Below, one piece after another: positions 40,336 to 54,877 of a DNA stretch of 64,000 nucleotides; position 1 is the first letter of the stretch; the number at the start of each line of letters is the position of its first letter. The notes below the pieces were generated by a model. It did not search any database. It had not been told where the DNA came from and saw only the letters and a program-made list of their open reading frames with translations. This DNA is from the human T2T-CHM13v2.0 reference genome, Homo sapiens. Where the stretch lies: the NCBI RefSeq assembly GCF_009914755.1, contig NC_060931.1; one strand, given 5' to 3'. A program made the translations under genes and the position numbers.

Positions 40336-41528
40336 TTATCAGAACACTTCCAGGTACCATTTTACACCTCATCCTCATCTCCATCAATAGCCTTGGATGT
40401 AGTCACAGAACTTCTGAGTCACTAGGGGTAGGGTGGGGCCTTGGAAAGTTAATTTTGAAGAAGCTCTCTGAGGGATTCTGATGAGTACCATGGTTGAAAA
40501 ATGTTTTCTTGAATTTTAACAGATCCTGGTCCAAAGGAATCAATCATCATAGCCTAAAATTGTAACTTCCACACAGTTTTTCAATCTGTCACTTCCTTTC
40601 CATTGCTGTGGTTCAGAGAGGTTTAGAGAGGGACTTTGCTACGTGTAAAGAGGTTGGTCTTAAATGCCAGACAGCAGTATACTCCAGCTGTGCAGGAGGT
40701 GCAAGGACCATTAACCCACAACTACATGGAAAGCAAGGAGAATAGTGTTCATGAGTCTCCACCAATGTCTTCTATATTAGGTGACAATCATTTCCTCCAA
40801 ACCCTTTCTTTCTAAACCCACAGCTCATAGAGAAACTGTATTTCCTGATGTCCACAAGAACCTGTCTCACTTCTTCTTTCATCCTTGATTGATGGAGGGA
40901 ATAAATCATTCTTCACTTCTAGTGAAAAAGGAGGGAAGAAGTGCTCAGGGAAGGATGCAGCCAGGACATGGATTTTTATTGGACCTGAAAAGATGATTAG
41001 TTGCCCCGTAATAGAGCACAGGCATGTTCTGATAACAGTAACTTCTACATCATTTGAGGCAGAAACAGAAAAACAAACCTTATATAGTGTCTCACAAAAG
41101 TACCCTTTAGCTAATCTCTCTAATATATAAAAATCTGTAAATCTGAAGAAATAAGAGATTAAAAGTATATATAAAAATGGGTAAAAGAATGGATAGAACT
41201 TACACAGAAAAAATAAATGTACATAAAATATACAAAAATATGCACCATATTATTCTTTATAAAAATGCAGAGATTACTATTACTGGGAAACCGGAAAATT
41301 TCAAAAGTTTTACGGTTTATTCTGTAGCTGTGGCTTTTGGAAAGCAGTAACTCTCATGTCTTGCAAAATGGTCAATCTCTATCAAGGAAAATTCCCTTTG
41401 ATCTATAATCTCACTTTTAGAAATCCACCCTGACAATAGGCCTTCCAGAATACAAAACAACATATTATGATGAATTGTTATAATTTTGTGTTGCCTCGGC
41501 ATTCATTTTGAATACAAGTTAAACTTTC

Positions 41529-42236
41529 TGATACCAGAAGCGGGGCTTAGTCATTTTTGACACAATTTCCAGTTCTACACCACACTTACATGACTCAACC
41601 CAGCCAAAAAACTTAGATCCATCTCTCCCGCTTCTTTTAAAAGGACAGTCAGGCTTTGCGTGGGAATGTAAAGTGACCCACACCATATTCACTTACATAT
41701 ACCGCTAGTTGCCATGTGCTCTTCTCCCTCTCTGTCTGACTCTTCATTCCTGCCTCCTGTGACCTGGGGACAGAGGACTGCCCTCTTGACTCATTGTGCC
41801 TCCCTGCCCAGGATCTGTAAGTGAAAATCTTTGAACTTGTTTCTTATTGTGGTAGTATATTAAATTTGCGTCTTCCATCTGAAAAACCAGGGGCTTCCCC
41901 AGGCTGGGTTTTTTCCTGGAAATGCAGGCAAGAGCACATAGTCAGGCTTCCAGTGCCAGAGCAATGGTCAGTCATAATCTGGACACAGGTCAGACAAAGA
42001 CAACGTAGGTATCTGCCAGTATAAAGAAGTTTCCCATGTGACAGATACCCCAACTCCACCCTAACATCACGAGTTAGACAACCAGACATTAAGCCATCCT
42101 CCGAGTAAAAGAAATAAATATCCTGTGAAAGGCATACTGTAAACACCCATATCCAGCCCCAGTCCTTTTCCTTTAGGGCAGGGTTACTAGGTGCTCTGGT
42201 ACTGGAACCCCAGTTTAGCTGGGGACTCTCAAAACA
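41529..42236 (+). mobile_element. ERVL solo LTR, MER54/MER73/MER74 group
   Basis: TG...CA termini (tgataccagaagcggggc ... ggaaccccagtttagctggggactctcaaaaca). GC-richer ~700-bp block interrupting an L1M relic. Confidence 0.75.
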
Positions 42237-42783
42237 CATATGCAAATGGTATTTTTTATGATGCTATTTCGTAATAGCAAAATTTTAAAACAAATTCTCA
42301 TCTATAAAAAACTGCTTTAATAAAGCATCATAAAAAAACAAAAAGAAATACGAAGTAGCCATTAGAAAGAATGAGAAAAATCTCTATAAATTGATAGAGG
42401 AGTAATTTCTAGAATATAATTTTATGGAAAAAAGGAAGGTCAAAGATTGCATTCAATACTTTAATAGGTTATTATTTGTGCAAAAAGAAGACAGATTTTC
42501 CCCCAAAAAGAACTAGGGGAAAGATAAACCAAAAGGTAATAAAAATGATTATATATAATGGATAGGAGGGAAAGGGTGGAGCTGGATATAGTGAAAGGAA
42601 GATTTCCTTGAGTAAAATTTTTAATATAGTTAAAAATCTAAATAAGATAAAAAATCTGAAGTTATCTAATAACTGAGTCTATAATTATTACTATTAGTGG
42701 CAGTATCCCTATTTATGATGTTATTTTATGGGCACTGTAGAATAAAGCCAATAAATTAATACATTAATTTTATGAAAAGAAAA

Positions 42784-43038
<255 letters not shown>

Positions 43039-43059
43039 TCATACATACGTGCATATTTT

Positions 43060-44430
43060 TACTGAGAGAAAAACAGGTACCAATATAAAATACAAGGTAA
43101 AAAAATCCTGTTAATGTTAAAATTTTATTAGAAATATTAGTTTGAATTCTTGATTAAAAACACCAAAAGACATTTCCTGTGTCTGTCCACTACAAAGGTC
43201 TAGAAATAACAATAACCTAGTAGCAATGAGACACCAAATGACCAGATATTGGTTTCTAAGTACAATTGCTGATTACAAGTAATTAATACCTATTATGCCT
43301 GAAGGAAAAAAAAAAATACTAAAAGGCTCATGAAGTAAAAGGGAGGGGGCAACACTGACCTAAAGGGGCCCCTTCAATTCTGGTTAAGTTGAGAATCTCC
43401 TAGAATAATGAAAAAATTTGATTATAATCTCCTAAAACTGTGAGTCCAAAACCACAAAATGTAAAAAATAAAAAGCAAAAGTCTCCTTTTACAGAAGACT
43501 ACCAATAGAGCATAGAATAAATGATGAAATCAGATGAAATGTGAGAACTAATGAGTTTGTAGCTCCCAATGTAAAAACTCCTTTAGGCACTTACTATAAA
43601 TAGATGTTTAAACCATTGGGTTAAAGATCACTGGGGAAGAGAATCTTTTTGCATCAGTTGTAAATGATTACCCACAGATTACCAGCTAATTACAGAGGAA
43701 AAAGTTACAAGGAAGAGATATGATAATCACTGCTCATATCCAAGTGATCCAGCAGTTACACACACAGTTGGGCAGCCTGATATTATGTACCTCCTACATG
43801 TGATGCTGTAGAGTACACAGCGTTATCTATGTGGTGTCATTGCTAAATGACAGATTTTCCCTTAAGGTAATTATGATGAAACAAAATAAAGCAAATTCAG
43901 AAAGTGGAATGTTCTCAAAGAAAAATGGCCTGACTCTTCAAAACAAAATGTAAAAATATAAATAAAAAACAGTAAAGTCTTTAAAAGTAAGACACAAAAG
44001 GAGTGTGTTGGGGGGAACTCTTGTAGATTAAAATAGACTAAATAATCATAACAAATGCCATGATGAAACCTCACTGGATCCTATATCAGGGAACAAACCT
44101 AAAAGTTACTTCTAGGAAAACTGGGAACATATGATTGTGGACTGTATACTCAATAATCTTATAAAATTATTGTTAACATATATTTTATGTCGGATAATGA
44201 TATCGTGGTTATGCTGGATAATGTCTTTCTTTTAGAGGTGTATGCAGCGTATTTATGAGAAATTATTGTATCTGCAACCTACTTTTCAAATGGTTAAAAA
44301 TTGTATGCAGAGAGAAAGAGAGAGAGAGCAATGATGGAGGATAGAAACACTGATGAAGCTAGGTGAAGGGTTTAGAGTTAGTCATTGCATCTTTAAAAAG
44401 TTCTCTATAGAGTGGGATTTTTTAATAATA
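43060..44430 (+). mobile_element. L1MC/L1MD-type 3' region relic
   Basis: ctagtagcaatgag..ccagatattggtttctaag; ggaatgttctcaaagaaaaatggcctgactcttcaaaa; gtatctgcaacctacttttcaaatggtt. Boundaries approximate. Confidence 0.65.
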
Positions 44431-45285
44431 CGAAGTTGGGGAAGGGGAAGGTGTTTGTCTCATATTTACTTTCTGCAGCTCATATTCTGCAAGTAATATT
44501 CTTGCTCCTTTCAAACTGTACCAAAACACCCTCATTAAGCAGTCAAGCTATAACCACAACAGCATCACCACACCCTCAAGAACAGTTGAGTTTTATACAT
44601 TGTTCTCTCATTTTAAACAGCAAATGGCTGTTTCTTGCCCTCCGTGTCCATCCCCACACTGTCTCTAAAGGGCAAAAGCCCAGATAAGCAATTTAACAAT
44701 TTACATTAACACATAATACTTAGTATCTGATTTCAGGTTAAGGTGATTTCATAATTGCTATTGCTGTTGTTTTTGCCCATTTATATAATTTTTCCCAGAA
44801 CAAAGAATTCTATGACACAACTGGGGATTATACATTACAGCTTTAGGAAAAACCTAATTACCTAAAAATTTTAAATGACTCCCATATATGCACATGCTAC
44901 ATTACATGGATTTGTAGGGTATCCTCACAAAATTTTCCATTAGGTAAAAATGCATTTCCTGAAATATTTATCATACCTGTATTTATGCAATGTTAGTTTT
45001 CTCATTTATATTAGGTCTGTATAGTGCTAAAACCTAGTAATTGCTTAACAAATACTTGCTGAGTAAATCACGGAATGTATGGTACTGGAGACTTGAGGTT
45101 CAATAGAAATAATCAATAAATAAATCTTTGAATATAAAGGAGATGTCTGAGGGAGATGTGTAGAGTTTAAGGGAAATAAGTCAAAGAAGAAAAATAAACT
45201 GAAAAGGGAAGAGGAAGAGTAAAAGAATGGCAATAGCTGCAAACATCAAGAGGGATGTTTCATTCATATTGTTTAATTTTTCTCT

Positions 45286-45400
45286 TAGTCACATTTTAAA
45301 TGAGTACTCATTACCTCATAGCTAGAGAGGCTACCATATTGGAGAGTGAAGCTTATAAAAATTTTCCATCTATTGCATAAAGTTCTATGAGGCAGCACTG
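45286..45400 (+). mobile_element. MER3 hAT-Charlie fragment
   Basis: ggctaccatattggagagtg..ttttccatctattgcataaagttctatgaggcagcactg. Confidence 0.75.
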
Positions 45401-46490
45401 CTGGAGAAAGTATTAGAGTAAAAAAAGAGGTAAGAAGTAAAAACTTGAAGAAAAGAGGCAATAAATAAAACTGCAACATCTGTAACAGTGACATCTGTTG
45501 GTTAAAAATGAATCAGGAGACTTTCAAAAATATTTATACTTTTGATTTTATATTCTATTAACATAGTTGGTTTGATTTCTCATGGACCCTTACATTAGTA
45601 TTTCCAATTAAAACCACACTCTTTAAAATTGTGTTTGCTGCATATAAAATAATCATTGTTGTAGCAAATTTTTCAAAAACTAAAGCCAAGGCAGTTTAAA
45701 GATGTGTGATGGAAAAGAGAGGGGGAGTTAAGTCAAGAAGCAACAATTAAGGAAGTGTCTTAAACACCAACTCTATTTTGGTTTTCTTGAGCATTTCCAC
45801 TCTTTCCACTTGTGTTAGTCACCATCCCGCAGTTTCCTTTCATGTCACTGAAAGTGAGTTAACTCAGAAAATAAAGAGGCATCTGTCTCCATGCTTTCAC
45901 TATTCTATAAACAACTTACATTGCTCGCTACTGCGGCATAGAAGTTTAGTCAGACTCATTTGTTTTTCAAGTACCTTCCACTGTCTTCTCAGAATAAACA
46001 CTATTGGAAAAAATTTACTATAGTAATCTTATGTGAGTTGTTTCCCTCTCTCTGAACTCAAAACATTCTTTCAGTATGTGAGAATGGCAAACTCAATTAT
46101 TTTATGCTCAACAGAATTTTATTGAATCCCCTGACAGTTCAGATAAACTACTAAATGAATGTTTATTATAAGCATGCAGACAAATGATACATTATAGGGA
46201 GGAAACTACTCGAAGCAGTTATTCTACCTGTAAACAAAGTTTGCCTCGGAAGATTTTATTTTATTCCTAGAAAAATGCCATGGATTAGATTGAAAACTGG
46301 AGGATATGTCATTGTAATTTTGTTTGTCTGACTCTGCATCTTGTGTAACCAGGAATGTCTATTCTCATAGATTTTGAATTTAGACCAAGTGAAAACTTGA
46401 CAACAGACTGTGTCTGCTTTTCCCAAACATCATTAACTTTTGAAAAACCCAAACCATCAGATGTGGTGAAGACAGGAGATGAGGGAGACT

Positions 46491-46567
46491 GATAGATAGA
46501 TAGATAGATGATAGATGATAGATAGATAGATAGATAGATAGATAGAGAGCAGACATAGATGATAGAT

Positions 46568-46600
<33 letters not shown>

Positions 46601-46612
46601 CAGATATAGATA
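46491..46612. repeat. Compound (GATA)n tetranucleotide STR
   Basis: Direct inspection. Confidence 0.97.
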
Positions 46613-49600
46613 AGTAATTTTAGTGTCAATTCTAAAGTCTCCTATGAATATTTGCACCACTCTTTAACAGATTTTAAGGTTTATTTTGTCATCATTGTGA
46701 AACCAAAGAATAGGTAGAACTTGCTTATGTTTTCAACAATGCTTTTAACACAAAGTATAAAAGCAACATATATTGTATATATGTTCTATCAACATATATG
46801 TTCTATCAACATATATTGTATATAATACCCTTAACTACTTTGCCATTAGTTATCTTTTCATTATTAGGATTCTAATCAATAGAATAATTGAAGCATATAT
46901 GTTAAAAATCTGTTAAGTTAAAAATCTTAGTTTATAATATTTTAAGGAATAGTATATCTGAGTAGAAATCCATAGTCATAGAATCACAAGGAATGAGAAT
47001 AACAATGGAACTTATGTTAGATTAGTCTTGGGACATCATCAGATGATTCCAGGCATGACCTCAATTGCTCTCCATAATATTATATGTATCATGCATATAT
47101 GAGATAGTAAATATGGAAGTGTGCTTCTAAACAATTTCCTGATAGTGAATGCTTCAAAACTTATCTGTGACTCTATTTAATAAGTCTGATAAAATTGTAA
47201 CTAAAAGAAGGACAAATAAGATGCAAAAAAGAGGAAGAAGAAGGAAAATAAGAGAGAGAAGGACAAAGATACAGAGAGAGGGAGGGCGCAAACCACCACC
47301 ACCATTATCACCACCACTATCACAACAACAACTGGGATAGCAATGTTTTAATAGGGTAGTATTATTATCATTATTATTGCTTAATCTTTATTTCCATTAG
47401 CACTCTAAGTGCGGCGTATGTAAAAAATAAAATGTGCAGCTTCCTAAGGAAATAGATTTGAGAAAGCCAACTCGCAAATCTAGTGCTTCATTATATCAGC
47501 TGCATAAATTGTTTCCTAATTGGACACTTACTCATCTTTTAAACATACTAGCAGGTATAAAATGTTCAGGTGGAAAACCAGTTTAGGTTAATATATCATG
47601 TTATCTATTAGCACTGTAGCTGATTACTAAGTAATGCAAATGTTTAAATTACCAAAAAAACTATATCCTAATAAAATTGGAAATTTTTAATAATGACATT
47701 TTGTTTAACATTAATTCTCTAGAAAATGCACAAAACAATGTATATTTTCTGGCATCATGGAGCATTTAGACTAACATTTTCCTTCATATTGATGTCAAAG
47801 AGAAAGAATCAAAGTGACTTATGTCACCAAAAGAAACAGGAAAGAAATATTCTTTTAAACACCTACTCACAGCTGTTACCAAAAATCGTAGTAGATTTAC
47901 TATCACATCAAATAAAAAAAATCAAAATGCTGTTTGTCTTTATTATTTCCTCTCCTCTGGGAAAGTAAGTGACCCATGCTAGTTGGTGAATGTTTTTCCT
48001 TTCTAGTGCAGGTGACAAGAGTAGGTTTTGGCATTTGTTTTGCATTACTGTCATTCTAAAAAGAAACTAGAAAATATATAACATTTGTATATATTAATTT
48101 CAGAAGCCAAATTACATAATATTTGTAATGAAAATTAAATGCAACAAATTCAAAGTCATAAAGAATTAGATATACTTTTATGTTAAGATGGCTTTTCTGT
48201 TAGGCTCATCTTTCAAAATTACAGCATTGAAAAATACATTTATCTGGTTTCGATCTGAATACCTACATTCTCATATGTGCATCTTCATACGAGTCAGACA
48301 GTGCCCACAAATATGCTCCTTTAGTAGTCTGAGCAGTTTTGCTGGCCTGTACCAAAATAGAAAGAAAATTATTAAGTAGAAATCCCCCAAGGGGAATCAA
48401 GTTGAGGTAATTTAAATGACAATCTTGTTTAACTTTGCATTTTTCTATAGGAAGTCATCTCCTGATCTTGTCAGAAAGAATTTTTTTCCTTTGCAACTCA
48501 ATAACCCCCACATATGCCATTGTTATAGTAGTCATTTCATTTTCAGTTTATTTTCCTTATTTCTCTCTATTACACCTAGAACATAGAATTTTTATTAGTA
48601 CTCAATCACACATTACACGTAGAACATTGTTTAGTACTCAATAACAGATAAATTAATGAACAAAAATTATTATTTAAATTCTATTAGGTTTCACATATAG
48701 CAATTCTACAAAAGAGTGCAAGGGAATAATTAAGACACAGAGCCAATAGTTTATCAGCACAGAATTTCGTTCCTTTAAATTAGGTGCTTAATATTAATTT
48801 GTCAAGTGGATTTATATCTAAAATATGCAAAAATTAAATGATAATATTATAGATTATGGTCTGTAAAATAGTAAGAAAGCATCTTGCACATGTTACAAAA
48901 ACAGTAAATATCCACTGTTTTGAGTTGACTTACTTAGAAAAAGCCTCAGTTAATTCCAGTTAAGTTAAAAGTTCTGTTTAGGAAAGATTTCCCCCCAACC
49001 CCGGCTAATAAGCATTAATGACAGCTTAATCCTATCACATCTTTTCATGAGAATACCATGTTTTGGCAATGACCTCAATTATAATGCTAGTTTATTCTTT
49101 TCTGAAAGATATACCATGAAACTTCTAACTACTCCACTCCCACAACAGGATGTTCTGCTCTGATTGGCAGGGAGAGTTTGAAGGTGGGTTGGCAGAGACT
49201 GTGACCGCAACTGACTGCGTTCTGCAGAATTATGGTAATGAAATTGGAAGCCAACTTTCGTGAAGCAGAAAGCCTCAAGGTAATTGCCATGTACTATAAC
49301 TTTTCCTTCCATTCGGAAAACAGAAATAAACAGCACATTTTCCCCATGAATCTACTGTATTTACCAGTATTGTTTGTGGGGTATACTTTGCCAGTTGACA
49401 TTACTTTAGTAAACTTATTATTATACGGTGAACACCTGCCCCATAAATATAGAATAGAAAAGCTATATTATATTTGTGTTTGGTGAAATGAAGTGTTACC
49501 CAAACTCAGATGTGGTGAAGACCTTTTGTGCTCTCTATATTTATGGAAGCTACATGCCACTTAACATATACCAAATTTGGTAAGCAAACAACCTTGACTC

Positions 49601-49874
49601 AAAGTTCAACTTTACATGATCTTTGTGACCGGAGATTGGGTCATTCAGTTTCTAATGTATAGTTTCAACTAAGTTAGAATTCTAAGTATGTTTTAAATTT
49701 TAAAAATAAAATGTTAAGTTTCTTATTGAATAGCTAAATATTGAATTGAAAGACTTCCACACTTGATTGATGGAGTTTTCTCTTATTAGTATAGAAACCC
49801 ATCAGAAGTTTATTTAGATTAGGTATTACTTAGGAAGATAGCATTAGAAAGTACAACCTTATCTTTTCCTATAG

Positions 49875-50120
49875 CAACAGGATGTAATGGTAAGAAAGAA
49901 CAGAAGCCAGAGAGATCTGGACTTGTATTTCTGCTACTTTCTGTGTTCTTAGATAACTCACTTCAACTCTCTGAATCCTAATTCCTTGTTTAAACATGCA
50001 ACTCTATTCTGTAAGTCTGTTTTTTAAGTACTTAGAAATAACATATATAAAGACCAAAAACAATCTCTGGTATAGAAAATTTAAAAAAAAAAATGTTGTA
50101 CTGAATGCTGTTAATACTAC
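49875..50120 (+). mobile_element. MIR SINE
   Basis: gaagccagagagatctggacttgtatttctgctact..ataactcacttcaactctctgaatcc. Confidence 0.7.
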
Positions 50121-50497
50121 TACTCTTGTACTTTTAGTAAAATATCTTATAACTTAATTATTCTAATATTATACTTTCCATTTGTCTTATTGTGAAGACA
50201 GAAATAAAGTTATAATTGCACCCCTCAACAACAAAGACATTGTTGAATGTCTACTATGTCCAATTGTAGTTGGATAACAGGACTGTAGGAAATGTAAAAC
50301 CAACACAACGCCCCAACCACTTTCCTCAAGTCAGTTGGTATTGCCACTGAAAAGGAATTTGCTGTGAAACCCCTGGAAGAAGGTATAGCACTAGAACTGA
50401 GGGTCAAATACTTTGAATTAATTATCAAGAATTTCTTGATTTTTCAAATAAAAACTGTGACCTATGAAAGTAAAGTGAACTGAGAAACAGTTATTGA

Positions 50498-50541
50498 TTT
50501 ATATATAATATATAATATATTATATATATATATATATATAT
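50498..50541. repeat. (TA)n-rich microsatellite
   Basis: Direct inspection. Confidence 0.9.
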
Positions 50542-51014
50542 TCCAGATAAATGTAATCTTGGTATTGCTAGTTTCACCTTTACTGCCAAGTTACAAAACA
50601 AAACAAACCAATCTAGTACGCCCATAAATAGAGTCTGGCCATAATTCTCTGCTCTCCTCAGACTGGAGAAAATAATGTTACCAGATAAAAATATAGTGAA
50701 TGACTATCTTAACAAGGAAACTGAGGAACTTGTTTCTCCAGTTAAATTCAGTGTGAATTTCCTTACTATTTATTTCATTTAGAAGCAGAACTCATGAAGA
50801 ATGAAGTAGGGAGAATGTCTTTATATTATACTCACATTATTAGTCATACTCATGTGCAATGGAATATTCTACAATTTTTTTTTAATCTGAGGTAACTTTA
50901 CATGAACTAATATGAGCAAATCTCAAGACATGTTAGGGGAATAAAATAAGATTTTATAACAATGAGTATATAATTCTATTATTTTTTTCTTGTTCTGAAA
51001 CTTAGCATGTTTAA

Positions 51015-51470
51015 TTTAATTTTACTTTTTATTATTGTGAAAACCACATAACGTAAAGTTTACCATTTTAACCATTTCTAAGTTTGTGGTTCTGTAGTGT
51101 GGAGTATATTCACATTGTTGTGAACTAGATCTCCATAACTCATTCATATTGCAAATCTGAAACTCTATACCCATTAAACAATAATTCCCCTTTTCTCCCA
51201 AGCCCTGATAACCACCATTCTACTTTTTGTTTCTATGAATTTGACTACTTTAGATATCTCATGTAAGTGGAATCATACAGTATTTGTCTTTTAGTGACTG
51301 ATTTATTAAACTTAGCATAATGTCCTCAAAGTTCATCCATACTGCAATGTGTGACAGGATTTCCTTCCTTTTTAAGACTGAATAAAATTCAATTTTATGT
51401 ATATGCCATGCTTTGTTTATTCATTCATCCATTGATGGACATTTGGGCTGCTTCCATCTCTTGGCTAGTT
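51015..51470 (-). mobile_element. L1MB-type 3' end
   Basis: aaagtttaccattttaaccatttctaag..ctgataaccaccattctacttt..gtaagtggaatcatacagtatttgtc. Confidence 0.85.
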
Positions 51471-51899
51471 TCATTTTTTAATTGAAAACATATGAGATAT
51501 GTAATGTCTACATCCATGTATAGTTGGATATTTACGATATAACATATATATATGTATATATATATATATGTATATATATAAACATTTTACCAAAAAATAA
51601 GCTTTGAGAGTAGAGGAAGATATCATCTTAATTTATTACCAATATTATTTCTCTAGAGGTATAACCACTTTTATCAGTTCATTGTATATCAGAAAAATAT
51701 TTTAAATAAATGTATGCATATATATACATTTAAAATTGAATTATGTATGCTATGCTATTGTATTTATTATTCTATTTTTTAAAGCTAGCACTCCTTTAGA
51801 GTTATATTTGCATCAGTAAATAGAACTTTACCTCATTTATTTTAACTGTTTATTAAATATATGATTATTCATGATTATGTGGACTGCTTTCACTATTGT

Positions 51900-52500
51900 G
51901 ATATCATTTAGCTATTTGTGAAGTATAATACATATACAGAAAAGTATACACACCAGTTAATATGCTTTCACAAAATAAATTCACCTAGATTCGCAAATAG
52001 ATGATTACCAGCCCCAGAAACTTCCCAGTCACTGTTAACTCTGAGTGGCAACCACTCTCCTGAGTTATAACAGCATAAATTAGTGTTGTCTCTTTTTGTA
52101 CTTCATGTAAATTGAACCATATGCATAACATTCTTTTTTGTGTTTTATTCCTTTCATTCAACATTATGTTTGTGATCCTTATTCCTACTGCTGCAAATAC
52201 TGGCAGTTAATTTTTTTCGTTCTTATTTCTATACATGCCATTGTATGAATATAAAACAATTTGTTTATTCATTCTGCTTTTGATAATCATTCAGAAAATT
52301 TTGACGTGGGCTACTACAAATAGTGCTGTTGTGAGCAATATCATTCATGTATTCTGGTCTACCCATTGCTGTTAGTTCTATAACACGCAGTGAAATTGTT
52401 GAGACAACAGAGAATTTATAGATTTAGCTTTAGCAGATCCTGACAAATAATTTTCCAAAGAATATGTACTAATTTGAATTCCAATCACAGGGTGTAAATA
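51900..52500 (-). mobile_element. Old L1M (ME/MD) 3' fragment
   Basis: ttcattcaacattatgtttgtga; ccattgtatgaatataaaacaatttgtttattcattct. Continues after the MER41. Confidence 0.7.
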
Positions 52501-52508
52501 AATAGTTT

Positions 52509-52994
52509 TATCAGAGGTGTGTGAACCAGAGCAACTCCATCTTAAACAGGAGCTAAGTAAAATGAGGCTAAAACCTACTGGGCTGCATTCCCAGACCGTT
52601 AAGGCATTCTAAGTCACAGGATGAGATAGGATGTCAGCATAAAATACAGGTCTTAAAGACCTTGCTGATAAAACAGGTTGCAATGAAGGAGCCGGCCAAA
52701 ACCCACCAAATCCAAAGTGGCAACAAGAGTGACCTGTGGTCGTCCCTCACTGCTACACTCCCACCAGCGCTACGGCATGAATAATCCACCCTTTGTTTAG
52801 TGTATAATCAAGAACTAACCATAAAAATGGGCAACCAGCAGCCCTTAGGGCTGCTTTGTCTATGGAGTAGCCATCATTTATTCCTTTACTTTCTTAATAA
52901 ACTTGCTTTCACTTTGCACTGCGGACTGGCCCTGAATCTTTCCTTGCCCAAGAACCCCTCTTGGGGTCTGGATAGGGACCCCTGTCCTGTAACA
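52509..52994 (+). mobile_element. MER41A (ERV1) solo LTR with internal deletion
   Basis: tatcagaggtgtgtgaaccagagcaactccatctt ... gggacccctgtcctgtaaca. 4-bp TSD gttt at 52505-52508 and 52995-52998. Confidence 0.92.
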
Positions 52995-53576
52995 GTTTCT
53001 TCATTTTATTGTCACATTTAGTATTTTCTACCTTTTTTATTATAGTCATTGGTGGATCTACAGTGGTATCACATTGTGACAGATATACGTGTGCTATAAT
53101 ATGCATGGACCATTTCTAGGAATGCATGCAGTGCTTCAATGATTGCCTATGGTCAGGGAACTAGAATTTGGGTGTCAAGTATATAGAAAAAGTCACTTCT
53201 CACTTTACAGTTTTTGATGCTATTTGAAATATTTTAACATGTGCTGTATTACCTTTTTGTGTTCCTTTCTTTCATTTCCTTTTTAATTTCTAAGAGAAAA
53301 GTAATATAAGCCTTTAGTATTAGTCTAAAAACCAATTCACTTTTGATCCCAAGGCCACTGGGAGTTGGACAATCACATGGGAAGTGTAAAGCTCAAATTC
53401 TCTTGCCAGCCCTTAAGTTTTTGTGGACAGAGCAAGGAGATGGGAAACAGAAAAGGAAATGAGACTGAAACTCCAGAGAAATGTGAAGATCCAGATATTC
53501 ATGGCCCTCCCAAATATCACTTACTGTTCTCTTTACTATCTGATTATTACAGATGTTGAAAGTTTCTTTTTTTAAA

Positions 53577-53731
53577 TACACACACACGCACACATATATA
53601 CACACATACATGTATGTATATATACATACACATATATGTATATGTATTTATATACATATATGTATTTATACATATATGTATAAGCATATATGTGTACACA
53701 CACACACAAACACACACACATATATATATAA
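53577..53731. repeat. Compound (CA)/(TA) microsatellite
   Basis: Direct inspection. Confidence 0.95.
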
Positions 53732-54877
53732 ATATTTATTCCACAGGGGTCCAGCCTACAGGTGTGGAAGCAGCTGTCTCTGCCTCCCTGATACTGGCCT
53801 ATGTTTTCATACTGGCCTGACCTGAACTGGAAATCAACAGAAAAGTCATCAAGCTGACATATAGGTACATGACCAAAATTTCTTGTGCTATTAAAAGAGA
53901 AAAAAAAATAAAGCAAAGAGAAAGTATAGAATTAAGAAGTATGATGTCAAGATTTATTCTTTGATTGAATAAAGGTACCCTCAAATGACTCAACTAACAG
54001 ATGACTAAGGTTTTATGAGTTGTATTGTTAGGGAACTCATACTTGGAAATCAGGTACCTGTGATTCCCTCAAGAACCTACTGGGCCAAAGCTCATATGAT
54101 TCTTAAGTACTGTTCAGGTTGCAGAGTCTTGTGCGGTGCGATAGTGTGTTCCCTTGTGAGTGTGACAATAAAGATCAATGGACACAGGAGAATAGGTCAA
54201 AGCAATGAATTTATGCCAACAGTAGAGAAGAGCTCACCATTAATTCTTTTTGCTTTATTGGACTGTTTCTGTTTTCCCTAACATTGTTTGTTGTGTAAGA
54301 TCGAATGGTTACGTTTATAATTAGAATTTGGCAGTGGTGCTGTGAGGACTCACATCTGAATTTGATTAAGGGAAATGCATTTTACCCAGAGATGCTGGCC
54401 GTAGAACAGGGTGACTTAACAGCATGTCTTTGGATTGTTCCTGTTGGAGAGAGGATGAGTGTATGTTTATTAAGTAAAATAATTATATTAGGTGGAGCTA
54501 TTCATGGAATTATACACAAATGTGTTAACTAGACAGCTAAAAAATAAAATGAGGAAGATGTAATTTAAGCCCTTTGTTTCCTCACATTTTGTTTATTAAC
54601 AGCAAGTGTCATTATTTCTGGGGATCCAAGCCTCTCTCTTACTCCATGAGATTCTGGGTGGGACCAGTGTAATAAGTGCCATCCTGTTTTCCTTTTCTAA
54701 CCTGTATCCAAAAAAATATATCTCCTAGGTCTGACTTATTATATTAGCCATTAGTTTGATCACAGTCATCGGCTTATTTAGGTGATGTCAGCATAAATTA
54801 TTCTCTGGGATTTAACATGTGGGTGCCAAAGGGGAGAATAGCACATGTGGGTGCTAAAGGGGAGAAAAATATGTATT

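Noticed and set aside
48569-48642. Imperfect ~40-bp tandem duplication (attacac.tagaacat...ttagtactcaat)
   Set aside because: Ordinary old local duplication with no further structure.
46457-49522. 17-mer tcagatgtggtgaagac present at ~46457 and ~49506
   Set aside because: Similarity does not extend on either side, and one such match in 64 kb is not improbable.
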